From contig DATLBL010000100.1 in assembly GCA_035526925.1 (NCBI GenBank), positions 37,570 to 101,569 of the forward strand: DNA of 64,000 nt, in the 5' to 3' direction. Source of the DNA: Gemmatimonadales bacterium (GTDB lineage Bacteria; Gemmatimonadota; Gemmatimonadetes; Gemmatimonadales; GWC2-71-9). Position numbers and translations under genes: made by a program. The notes under the pieces were generated by a model. The model ran no database searches. It had not been told where the DNA came from and saw only the letters and a list, made by a program, of their open reading frames with translations. Shown one piece after another: positions 35,408 through 43,398 of this stretch (position 1 is its first letter; every line of letters starts with the position of its first letter).

Positions 35408-36874
35408 ATGCCGGGGTCTCGTTCCGCTTTCGCGGTGGACCGCGGGCGAACGGCGGGTACGGCCGAGGTTCATTCTGTGCCCGACATTGCATTTCTCACC
35501 ATCCCCGAGCTTGGGCGCCTGCTCCGGATGCGGCGCGTCTCAGCGGTCGAGATGGCCGGCGAATTCCTCGGCCGGCTGGAGCGGCTCGGTTCGAGGTACA
35601 ACGCAGTCGTTCGGGTGCTCCGCGAGTCCGCACTGGCCGAGGCGGGCGAGCGCGACGCCGAGCTGGCGCGCGGTAAGGATCGCGGACCCCTGCACGGCAT
35701 TCCCTATGGGGTGAAGGATCTGATCTCGGTGGCGGGCGCGCCGACGGTTACGGGCCCTTCCGGCTACCGAAACCAGCTCCATCAGGGTGACGCCACCCTA
35801 GTTCGGCGGTTGCGCAGGGCAGGAGCCGTGCTCTGCGCCAAGTTGGCCATGGTCGAGCTGGCCGGCGGCATGGGGTACCGTCAGGCATTCGCGACATGCT
35901 TGGGACCAGGGCGCTCACCATGGGATCCGAGTCGCTGGTCGGGCGGATCGTCGAGCGGGCCGGGTGCCGCTGTCGCGGCCGGGCTCGTGCCGTTCGCGAT
36001 CGGCTCGGAAACCTGGGGCTCCATCCAGTACCCGGCGGCGTTCTGCGGGATCACCGGTCTGCGCCCGACCTACGGCAGGGTGAGCCGGCATGGCTCGATG
36101 ACCCTCAGCGCCACCATGGACAAGCTCGGACCCATGGCACGGACCGCGGAGGATTGCGCGCTGGTGCTGGGGGCAATGGCGGGCTCGGATCCCGAGGATC
36201 CGACGGCCCTGGCGCGGAGGTTTACGCCACCGTCGGGGCCGGGCACGCGTCGCTACCGAATCGGGGTGCTCCGCGGAACGCTCGAGTGCACCCAACCCGA
36301 GGTGCGCCGGAACTTCCTGACGTCGCTCGAGCTGCTGGGCGGGTTTGCCGATGTCAGGGACGATCTGGAGTTGCCGGACTTTCCCTACGATGCCATGGCA
36401 GGCCTCGTGCTCGACGCGGAGGCGGCCGACGCCTTCGAACCGCTTTTCCAGAGCGGCCCGATCACTCGCCTCACCGCGCCCGAGGATCGTGTGGGCGGAT
36501 ATCCGGGACAGGTGGTCCTGGCCGGGGACTACCTTCGGGCCATTCGCCTCCGCAGGCCGGCGGCCGCCGCGCTCGACCGGCTGCTGGCTACGGTGGACGC
36601 CATCGCGGCGCCGTCGCTGCCGACCGTCGCCTGGCCCGTGGAGACGCCGCTCGAGCAGGTCTACCCCGAATACCCGGGTGGAACCAGCATCGCGGGTGCG
36701 GCCAACCTCTGTGGCGTCCCCGCGCTGTTCCTGATGAACGGGCAGGGCGAAGCGGGCCTGCCCACGAGTCTTCAGCTTACCGGACGTGCCCAGGCCGAGG
36801 CTACGCTCCTGGAGATCGGCATGCAGGTGCAGCAACGCACGAATTTTCACCGGCAGCATCCGCCGGGATTGTGA
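35408..36874 (+). CDS. amidase (amidase-signature family)
   Basis: LHGIPYGVKDLISVAGAPTVTG and GGSSSGPGAAVAAG are present. The start is uncertain; GTG 35477 (VPDIAFLTIPELGRLL) has GAGG upstream. Confidence 0.85.
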   Translation: MPGSRSAFAVDRGRTAGTAEVHSVPDIAFLTIPELGRLLRMRRVSAVEMAGEFLGRLERLGSRYNAVVRVLRESALAEAGERDAELARGKDRGPLHGIPYGVKDLISVAGAPTVTGPSGYRNQLHQGDATLVRRLRRAGAVLCAKLAMVELAGGMGYRQAFATCLGPGRSPWDPSRWSGGSSSGPGAAVAAGLVPFAIGSETWGSIQYPAAFCGITGLRPTYGRVSRHGSMTLSATMDKLGPMARTAEDCALVLGAMAGSDPEDPTALARRFTPPSGPGTRRYRIGVLRGTLECTQPEVRRNFLTSLELLGGFADVRDDLELPDFPYDAMAGLVLDAEAADAFEPLFQSGPITRLTAPEDRVGGYPGQVVLAGDYLRAIRLRRPAAAALDRLLATVDAIAAPSLPTVAWPVETPLEQVYPEYPGGTSIAGAANLCGVPALFLMNGQGEAGLPTSLQLTGRAQAEATLLEIGMQVQQRTNFHRQHPPGL

Positions 36875-36937
36875 CCCGCGCGCGACCGTCGTTATATCTC
36901 GGCGACATTCCCTTGCCTACTTCGCGCAGGAGCTTTC

Positions 36938-38656
36938 GTGACCACATCCGCCCTCCCCGCATCGCCGGCCGCGCTCGCCAAGGCCACCTGGGACGACGTC
37001 GTTCCGTACTACGATGACCTGGTCGAGCGGCCGCTCGATGCATCGACGGTGGAGGACTGGCTGCGGGCGTGGTCTCGGCTGGAGGAGCTGATCACCGAGG
37101 CGGCGGCGCAGGCCATGATCGCCTACACCATCGACACCTCCGATCCGGACAAGGAGAAGGCCCACCTTCGTTTCTCCACCGACATCCTGCCGAAGGCGGA
37201 GGAACGGAGCGTCGAGCTGGCGCGTCGTTTCGTCGCGCTGGGCCACGAGACGCCCGAGCTCGCCACCACCCTCGCCCGGTTCCGGACCTCGATCGAGATC
37301 TTCCGCGAGTCCAACGTGCCGATCTTCTCGGAGCTCGAGGAGCTGAGCGCGCGATATCAGCGGATCACCGGCTCGATGACCGCGGAGTGGGAAGGCGTCG
37401 AGCGCCCGTTGCCCCAACTCCAGCCGTTTCTCAAGAGCGCCGATCGCCAAGTCCGGGAGCGCGCCTTCCGCGCGGCTACACAGCCGTACATCGAGGAGCG
37501 CGGCGCGCTGGCTGGACTGTTCGACCGCATGTTCGAGCTTCGGCAGCGTGCCGCGCGCAACGCGGGCTTCGCCAATTATCGCGATTACATCTTCCCGGCC
37601 AAGTACCGGTTCGACTATACGCCGGCCGACTGCGAGCGCTTCCACGAGGCGGTCGAGCGCTCGGTCACGCCGGCGGCGGCGCGGGTGCTGGAAAGCCGGC
37701 GCCAGCGGCTCGGGCTCGAGGTGCTGCGGCCGTGGGATCTGGCGGTGGATCCCGATCGCGCCTCCCCGCTCCGCCCATTCGAGAGCGCCGACGAGCTCGT
37801 GACCAAGGCCCGCCGGGTGTTCGACCGCGTGGATCCCGCGCTCGGCGCCCAGTTCCAGACGATGATAGACGAGCGGCTCCTCGATCTCGACAGCCGCAAG
37901 GGCAAGGCTCCGGGTGGCTACTGTGAGACGCTCCACTTTCGCGGGCGCCCGTTCATCTTCATGAACGCCGTCGGCCTGGTGGACGACGTCATGACGCTGC
38001 TGCACGAGGCCGGGCACGCCTTCCATGCCTTCGCTTCGCATCGGCAGCCACTGATCTGGCAGCGTCACCCGGGCTCCGAAGCCGCCGAGCTGGCGTCGAT
38101 GTCGATGGAGCTGCTTGCGGCGCCGCACCTCGTGCAGCCGACCGGATACTTCACTCCCGAGGACCATCGAGGGGCATGGCTCGAGCACCTCGAGGACGTG
38201 CTGCTCAGCCTGGTCCACATCGCCTCCGTGGACGCTTTTCAAACCTGGATCTATACCAGCCCCGAAGGTGGTGACGCTGCGGCGAGGGACGATGCCTGGC
38301 TCCGGATCCGAAGCCGCTTCGAGCGGGGCGTCGACTGGAGCGGGCTCGAGCGGGAGCGGGTGGCCCGCTGGTATCGGCAGCTCCACATATTCATGTATCC
38401 GTTCTATTACATCGAGTACGGCATCGCGCAGGTCGGCGCGCTCCAGATCTGGCGCAACAGCCTCGAGGACTCCGTCGGGGCGGTTGCCCGGTACAGGGAA
38501 GCGCTGGCGCTCGGCGCCGTCCACAGCCTGCCCGAGATGTACCGCGCCGCGGGCGCGAAGCTCTCCTTTGACGCCACCCTCATCGGCGAGCTCGTGCAAT
38601 TGGTGGAGAACCAGATCGACCAGATCCGCGACCTGGCCCCCGGCGCCCGGAAGTAG
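36938..38656 (+). CDS. M3-family oligoendopeptidase (PepF-like)
   Basis: 572 aa with the zinc motif HEAGHAFH and M3B-like length. GTG start. Confidence 0.85.
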   Translation: MTTSALPASPAALAKATWDDVVPYYDDLVERPLDASTVEDWLRAWSRLEELITEAAAQAMIAYTIDTSDPDKEKAHLRFSTDILPKAEERSVELARRFVALGHETPELATTLARFRTSIEIFRESNVPIFSELEELSARYQRITGSMTAEWEGVERPLPQLQPFLKSADRQVRERAFRAATQPYIEERGALAGLFDRMFELRQRAARNAGFANYRDYIFPAKYRFDYTPADCERFHEAVERSVTPAAARVLESRRQRLGLEVLRPWDLAVDPDRASPLRPFESADELVTKARRVFDRVDPALGAQFQTMIDERLLDLDSRKGKAPGGYCETLHFRGRPFIFMNAVGLVDDVMTLLHEAGHAFHAFASHRQPLIWQRHPGSEAAELASMSMELLAAPHLVQPTGYFTPEDHRGAWLEHLEDVLLSLVHIASVDAFQTWIYTSPEGGDAAARDDAWLRIRSRFERGVDWSGLERERVARWYRQLHIFMYPFYYIEYGIAQVGALQIWRNSLEDSVGAVARYREALALGAVHSLPEMYRAAGAKLSFDATLIGELVQLVENQIDQIRDLAPGARK

Positions 38657-38767
38657 CGCTCAGGCCACTCCCGAGTTGCTTCCCGGACCCCGCCGCGCAA
38701 GATTCCACCCCCGAGACACCCCGGCGCCGCGGCGCCGACGTTCCGTCCCCGTGTATGGAGGGCCTGG

Positions 38768-38986
38768 ATGGCCAAGGAAGAAGGGATCGAGATGGAGGGG
38801 GTCGTGACCGAGGTGCTGCCCGACCGAAATTATCGGGTCATGCTCGAGAACGGCCACGAGATCCTGGCATACGCCGCCGGGAAGATGAGCAAGTTCAAGA
38901 TCCGCGTACTGGAAGGCGACCGCGTCAGTGTCGTCCTCTCTCCCTACGATCTCACCCGGGGCCGAGTCATCTACCGCCACAAGTGA
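38768..38986 (+). CDS. infA: translation initiation factor IF-1
   Basis: 72 aa: [72 protein letters not shown]. Confidence 0.96.
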   Translation: MAKEEGIEMEGVVTEVLPDRNYRVMLENGHEILAYAAGKMSKFKIRVLEGDRVSVVLSPYDLTRGRVIYRHK

Positions 38987-39057
38987 AGCCGTGCGAAACC
39001 CGTGCTCACCCTGTTGACGAAGGGTCTCGAGCGCGTTCACGACTCTCCTACGACAAC

Positions 39058-39079
39058 GGGCCGCTCTCTCGAGCGGCCC
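39058..39079. terminator. bidirectional terminator hairpin between convergent infA and csp
   Basis: GGGCCGCTC-tctc-GAGCGGCCC forms a 9-bp perfect stem. Confidence 0.65.
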
Positions 39080-39102
39080 GTCGCGTATCGCTGGCGTCGA
39101 CC

Positions 39103-39315
39103 TTACTTCACCTTGGTGACGTTTTCAGCGGCAGGCCCCTTCGCACCCTGCACGATGTCGAATTCCACCCGGTCACCCTCGGCGAGGCTGCGGAAGCCCT
39201 CGGCCTTGATGGCGGTGTGGTGGACAAAGCAATCCTTGTCCCCGTTCTCTGGAGTGATGAAACCAAAGCCCTTCGCGTCGTTGAACCACTTCACCGTGCC
39301 TAGGGTGCGAGCCAT
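39103..39315 (-). CDS. cspA: cold-shock protein (CspA family)
   Basis: 70 aa: [31 protein letters not shown] (RNP1/RNP2 motifs). Confidence 0.95.
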   Translation of the reverse strand: MARTLGTVKWFNDAKGFGFITPENGDKDCFVHHTAIKAEGFRSLAEGDRVEFDIVQGAKGPAAENVTKVK

Positions 39316-39372
39316 TGCTCCTACTCCGTGTTTATTTGACTGCGTCGGCGCCCGGGCGTGCCGCTCGCCGAG

Positions 39373-39409
39373 TTTTTATGAGCGCAGGCCCATCCTGCGT
39401 CATAAAAAG
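39373..39409 (-). promoter_or_regulatory. long hairpin in the csp 5' leader
   Basis: The minus-strand RNA UUUUUAUGACGCAGG-auggg-CCUGCGCUCAUAAAAA forms a 15-bp stem with one bulged G. It is preceded by a GGCUGAC-UUCG-GUCGGCC tetraloop hairpin. Confidence 0.55.
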
Positions 39410-39494
39410 CGTGTGGCCGACCGAAGTCAGCCGTAACCGTTCGAATGTGAGATTGATGTTGGTCAGGCGCGGTAAATGTGCAGCCGGGCTGCGT

Positions 39495-41249
39495 TTAGTC
39501 AAGAGGGGATCCGCGGAGCCACCGGGCGGCCGCCCGGGCCCAGTCGGCCACCGGCTCGCGACCCTCGGTGTCCGCCGCTCGATTGAGCGCCTGCAGGAAC
39601 TCCGCCGCCGAAGGGAACCGGCTCTCCACGTCGGCGCTCAGCGCGCGATTCAACACCCGCTCGAGCGCCTCGCTGACGTCCTCGCGGCGGTCGGCGGCCG
39701 TCGGAAGCTGATTGGTGGTCTGCCTCGCGAGCACCTGTTCGGTGGTAGCCCCAGGGAAGGGCGGGGTGCCGAGCAGCGCGTAGTAGACGACGGCCGCGAG
39801 GCTGTAGAGATCGGAGCGCTGGTCCACCCGTTCGCCCAACAACTGTTCGGGGCTCGCGAACTGCGGCGTGCCGCTCTGGCTGGTCGCGCCGCCGTACTTG
39901 CCCCGCAAGGCCAGCGCGAGGCCGAAGTCCGTGATCTGCACGCTCCCGGTGGGATCGATCAGGATGTTCTCCGGCTTGATGTCCCGGTGGACGAGCCCGG
40001 AGCCATGCGCGTGCGCGAGCGCCGAGAGCGCCTCGCGCAGCAGTCGGAGCACCTGGTCGAGCGTCAACGGACCATCCCGCTCCACCAGCTGCGCCAGGCT
40101 GGGGCCGTCGATCAGCTCCATGGTGTACCAGATGAGGCCGAACCGCCCCGCGATATCGTAGATGTTCACGATGTTCGGATGGCTCAGCCGGGCGGCGAGC
40201 TGCGCCTCTCGCCGAAACCGTTCCACCACCTCGGGATCTTCGGTCAGCGCCGGGTGCAGCACCTTGAGCGCCACGAGGCGCTCGAGATGAAGGTCTCGCA
40301 CCCGGTACACACGGCCGAATCCGCCTGTGCCGAGCAGGACGAGCAGCTCGTAATCGTCGCCGAGCGCGCGGCGGAGCCACTTCTCCCATCGCGTCCGGTC
40401 TTCGGTCCCCGTCAGTGGGCCGTGCACCACGCCCGCGGCGCGGGTCTCGAACGTCCCGGCATCGGTCGCGAAATCCTCGAGCATCTCCGCCGCCGTGAGA
40501 TACCGGGATTCGGGCGCCGGCGTGAGCGCCCGGAGCACGATGCGCTCGATCGCGCGTGGACACGTCGGTCGCAGCTCGGTCGGCCGTCGTAGATCCCGCG
40601 GATCGAGCGGCGGCGCCTGGCCGGTCACCGCGTAGTAGATCAGCGCCCCGGCGGTATAGACGTCGCACGCCGGGTCGCCCACCGCGCCGTCCCGGATCTC
40701 CGGTGCCATGAACATCGTCATGTCGGGTGTGGCGCCGGTCGGCACCGCCGGAAGCGTGTAGCTGCTGTAGCGCAGGTCGGTGATGGTGCCGCGTCCGCTC
40801 GACCCGACGAGTACCGACGCCGGCACGATCCGCCGGACGACGACGCCCTGCAGGTGGGCATGCTCGAGCGCCCCCAGCAGGTCACGCGCCAGCGCCAGGA
40901 CCGCGGGGATGATCCGCGGGCCGCGCTCGATCGCGTCCGCCAGTCCTTCGCCCTCGATCCAGTTGCCGATCCGGAAGGCCAGGTCACCCACCACGCCGAC
41001 GTCGTACACGTGCCGGATGGCCGGATGGTCGAGTTGGCCCAGCGCCTCGGCCTCGCGCAGAAACCAGGCGCGGGTGGCGTCGTCCCCGTAGAAGTTGATC
41101 CGGACGCTGACCCGGCGCTTGAGCGTCTCGTCGTGCGCCTCGAACAGCACGCGATCCGCGTTCGAGGCGGCGATCCGCTCCAGCCGGTAGCGGCCGCCGA
41201 GCGCCGCGCGGGTCCGTTCGAAGGCCTCGACCGGATCGGGACCGCTCAC
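39495..41249 (-). CDS. soluble tandem pseudokinase / Ser-Thr protein kinase
   Basis: The C-terminal domain is canonical (GTGGFGRVY, VALKVL, HRDIKPENIL, DFG, SPE). The N-terminal domain is kinase-like but lacks the catalytic motifs. I set the start at GTG 41249, which overlaps the CGNR gene stop (GTGA); the track start at 41474 lies inside the upstream gene. Confidence 0.85.
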   Translation of the reverse strand: MSGPDPVEAFERTRAALGGRYRLERIAASNADRVLFEAHDETLKRRVSVRINFYGDDATRAWFLREAEALGQLDHPAIRHVYDVGVVGDLAFRIGNWIEGEGLADAIERGPRIIPAVLALARDLLGALEHAHLQGVVVRRIVPASVLVGSSGRGTITDLRYSSYTLPAVPTGATPDMTMFMAPEIRDGAVGDPACDVYTAGALIYYAVTGQAPPLDPRDLRRPTELRPTCPRAIERIVLRALTPAPESRYLTAAEMLEDFATDAGTFETRAAGVVHGPLTGTEDRTRWEKWLRRALGDDYELLVLLGTGGFGRVYRVRDLHLERLVALKVLHPALTEDPEVVERFRREAQLAARLSHPNIVNIYDIAGRFGLIWYTMELIDGPSLAQLVERDGPLTLDQVLRLLREALSALAHAHGSGLVHRDIKPENILIDPTGSVQITDFGLALALRGKYGGATSQSGTPQFASPEQLLGERVDQRSDLYSLAAVVYYALLGTPPFPGATTEQVLARQTTNQLPTAADRREDVSEALERVLNRALSADVESRFPSAAEFLQALNRAADTEGREPVADWARAAARWLRGSPLD

Positions 41250-41791
41250 CGGCGGTTGCCCCGACGCCGCTCCACGACGGCGGTGCCGCCGCAGAGCGTC
41301 GGGTCGCACCAGCGACGACTGCCTGTGGGAGACGGATCGGCGATGAACAGCGAGCAGCTCTCGCCGGCGCAGCGTCGCACGGCGGTGCGGGTCTCGGCGA
41401 GGGTGGCCGCCGCGGACCGGGCGATGGCTTCCAAGGCGCCGGGCGGCCGGGTCGGGGCGAAGCGAAGGCGCCACTCGCCCCCCACCCGGGTGAGCTGGTG
41501 GGTGCCGGCACTCCTGGCCAGCAGCTCGTTCAGTGAGGCGATGGCCCCGGCAGGCGTGCGACCGCCGTCGTGCATCGCCTGCGCGAGCTCGGTGAGCCGG
41601 TCACGGAACTCGACGATGAGTGCGAAGCTCGCCCCCTCGGCGGGGGGCTCGAGGTGCTGGAGCTCGCACCAGCGCGCGAAGGCGGTCGAATCGGGGAGGA
41701 GATCGGGCGAGAACGCGGTGCGCCCGCGGGCGCTGTTGATGAAGTCCAGCCACAGTGCGTCGCCGAGCAGCGTGAACCCGTCGTTGGCCAT
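41246..41791 (-). CDS. ABATE-domain / CGNR-type zinc-finger protein
   Basis: From ATG 41791 it reads MANDGFTLLGDALWLDFINS. The C-terminus is C..C.LFIADPSPTGSRRWCDPTLCGG, a zf-CGNR pattern with CGGT in place of CGNR. Confidence 0.72.
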   Translation of the reverse strand: MANDGFTLLGDALWLDFINSARGRTAFSPDLLPDSTAFARWCELQHLEPPAEGASFALIVEFRDRLTELAQAMHDGGRTPAGAIASLNELLARSAGTHQLTRVGGEWRLRFAPTRPPGALEAIARSAAATLAETRTAVRRCAGESCSLFIADPSPTGSRRWCDPTLCGGTAVVERRRGNRR

Positions 41792-41798
41792 GTCGGGA

Positions 41799-43133
41799 CT
41801 AGTCGTCCGCGACCTCGACGGTGTTGCGGCCGCCACGCTTGGCCTTGTAGAGAGCGGTATCGGCCGCGGCCAGCAGGCTGCTGACCGTCGTCCCATGTTT
41901 CGGGGATTCCGCCACCCCCATGCTGAGAGTGCAGGCGCCGAACTCGGGGCTCTGCTGCTCCATCTCGCGGAGGCTTCCCTGCACGCGGCCCACGAACACC
42001 TGCGCTTCGCTGGGCTTGGTCATCGGCAGGATGACCAGGAACTCGTCGCCGCCGAGCCGCCCCACCACGTCGAGCGCCCGGCACTGCTGCCGGAGGATCT
42101 TGGCCACCTGGATCAGCAGCCGGTCGCCGGCGGCGTGGCCCATGGTGTCGTTGATCATCTTGAAGCGATCGAGGTCGATCAGCAGAACGCTGGTGTGGAG
42201 CTGATGGCGCAGGCTGCGCGAGATCTCGGCGGCCAGCCGTTCCTCGAGCGCGCGCCGGTTGTACAACCCGGTGAGCTCGTCGGTCGTGGCCGCGCTGTGG
42301 AGCTGCTCGACCAGCTCGGAGTTCTTGAGGGCGATGGCCGCCGCGAAGGACAGCGTGCCTGCCAGCTCCAGCTCGGCCCGCCCGTACAGCTTGTCGCTGA
42401 TGCGCGAGCCGAGCACCAGGACCGCCATCCGCTCCGCGCCGGCATCCAGCGGCACCACCAGTTCGGCGCCCGGCCCGATCAGTGCCGCCACCGCGACGTC
42501 GTCGGCGCCGGTCGCGGCGCTCCCCGGCGGCAGCGCCCGGTCGAGCGCGCCCCGGTCGATCGGCGCGGGCCGCAACCGGTCGTTGAGCGAGCGGAACACC
42601 TTGGGGGCGTAGCTCTCACCCTCCGGACGGTACAGGCACGCCCACCAGGCGAAGAAGACCTCGGCCATGAAGTCGAGGATGAGCTGCTCGGTATCCTCGA
42701 TGGAATGCACGGATGAAAGCAGCCGGGCCACCTGCCGGAGTGCCCGAAGCTGAAAGACCGCGTCGTCGAGGGCCCCTTGCCGCTCCAGCAGAATACTGCG
42801 GAGCTCCAGCACCACGCTCAGGCCGAGCGCCAGCGGCATCGCCACGGCCCGCATCTCACCGGCCACCGACGGATCGGCGTGGATCACCACCTCGGTCTCT
42901 CCGCTCCCCAGCCGGGCGACTTCCTGGGCAGCCTCGAAGCCCTTGGCCGGTCCAACCCGGGGCATGCTCTCGGTCGGGGAGTCGAGCGTCAGCCAGATGA
43001 GCTCGCTCTGGAAGCGCCGCACGAGCGCCACCCGGCAACGCTCGAACAGCTCACCCTCGGTACGGGAGAGGCGGCAGGCGGCTGCAAAGGCACTCGGGAG
43101 TGTGGCTAAAGCGGCAGAAGGCAGGGAAGCCAT
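41799..43133 (-). CDS. diguanylate cyclase (GGDEF) with an N-terminal GAF-like sensory region
   Basis: DELTGLYNRRALE...IDLDRFKMINDTMGHAAGD...RALDVVGRLGGDEFLVIL...ALYKAKRGGRN. I chose the start at ATG 43133 (MASLPSAALA). Confidence 0.88.
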   Translation of the reverse strand: MASLPSAALATLPSAFAAACRLSRTEGELFERCRVALVRRFQSELIWLTLDSPTESMPRVGPAKGFEAAQEVARLGSGETEVVIHADPSVAGEMRAVAMPLALGLSVVLELRSILLERQGALDDAVFQLRALRQVARLLSSVHSIEDTEQLILDFMAEVFFAWWACLYRPEGESYAPKVFRSLNDRLRPAPIDRGALDRALPPGSAATGADDVAVAALIGPGAELVVPLDAGAERMAVLVLGSRISDKLYGRAELELAGTLSFAAAIALKNSELVEQLHSAATTDELTGLYNRRALEERLAAEISRSLRHQLHTSVLLIDLDRFKMINDTMGHAAGDRLLIQVAKILRQQCRALDVVGRLGGDEFLVILPMTKPSEAQVFVGRVQGSLREMEQQSPEFGACTLSMGVAESPKHGTTVSSLLAAADTALYKAKRGGRNTVEVADD

Positions 43134-43398
43134 GTTCAAGTATACCCGTAGGCGCCGAAGGTCGGGAGCGGCACCGGACCCACCCGGCAGGCTCACGCCC
43201 GTCCAGCGGCCTGCCGATACCCGGGAGCATGAAAGTTGATCGCCTGTAACGTTGTGTAACAACGACTTGCGTGAGGCCCGGGGACGGGCTACACTTCTCG
43301 CAGACAATTAGAGCATAGCCCTTCGGGGCCCCAGGGATTTCGGCTTTGCGACCTGGGTGACCAAAATCGCTAAGGCTACCGGTCCCGGCGAGCCATGC

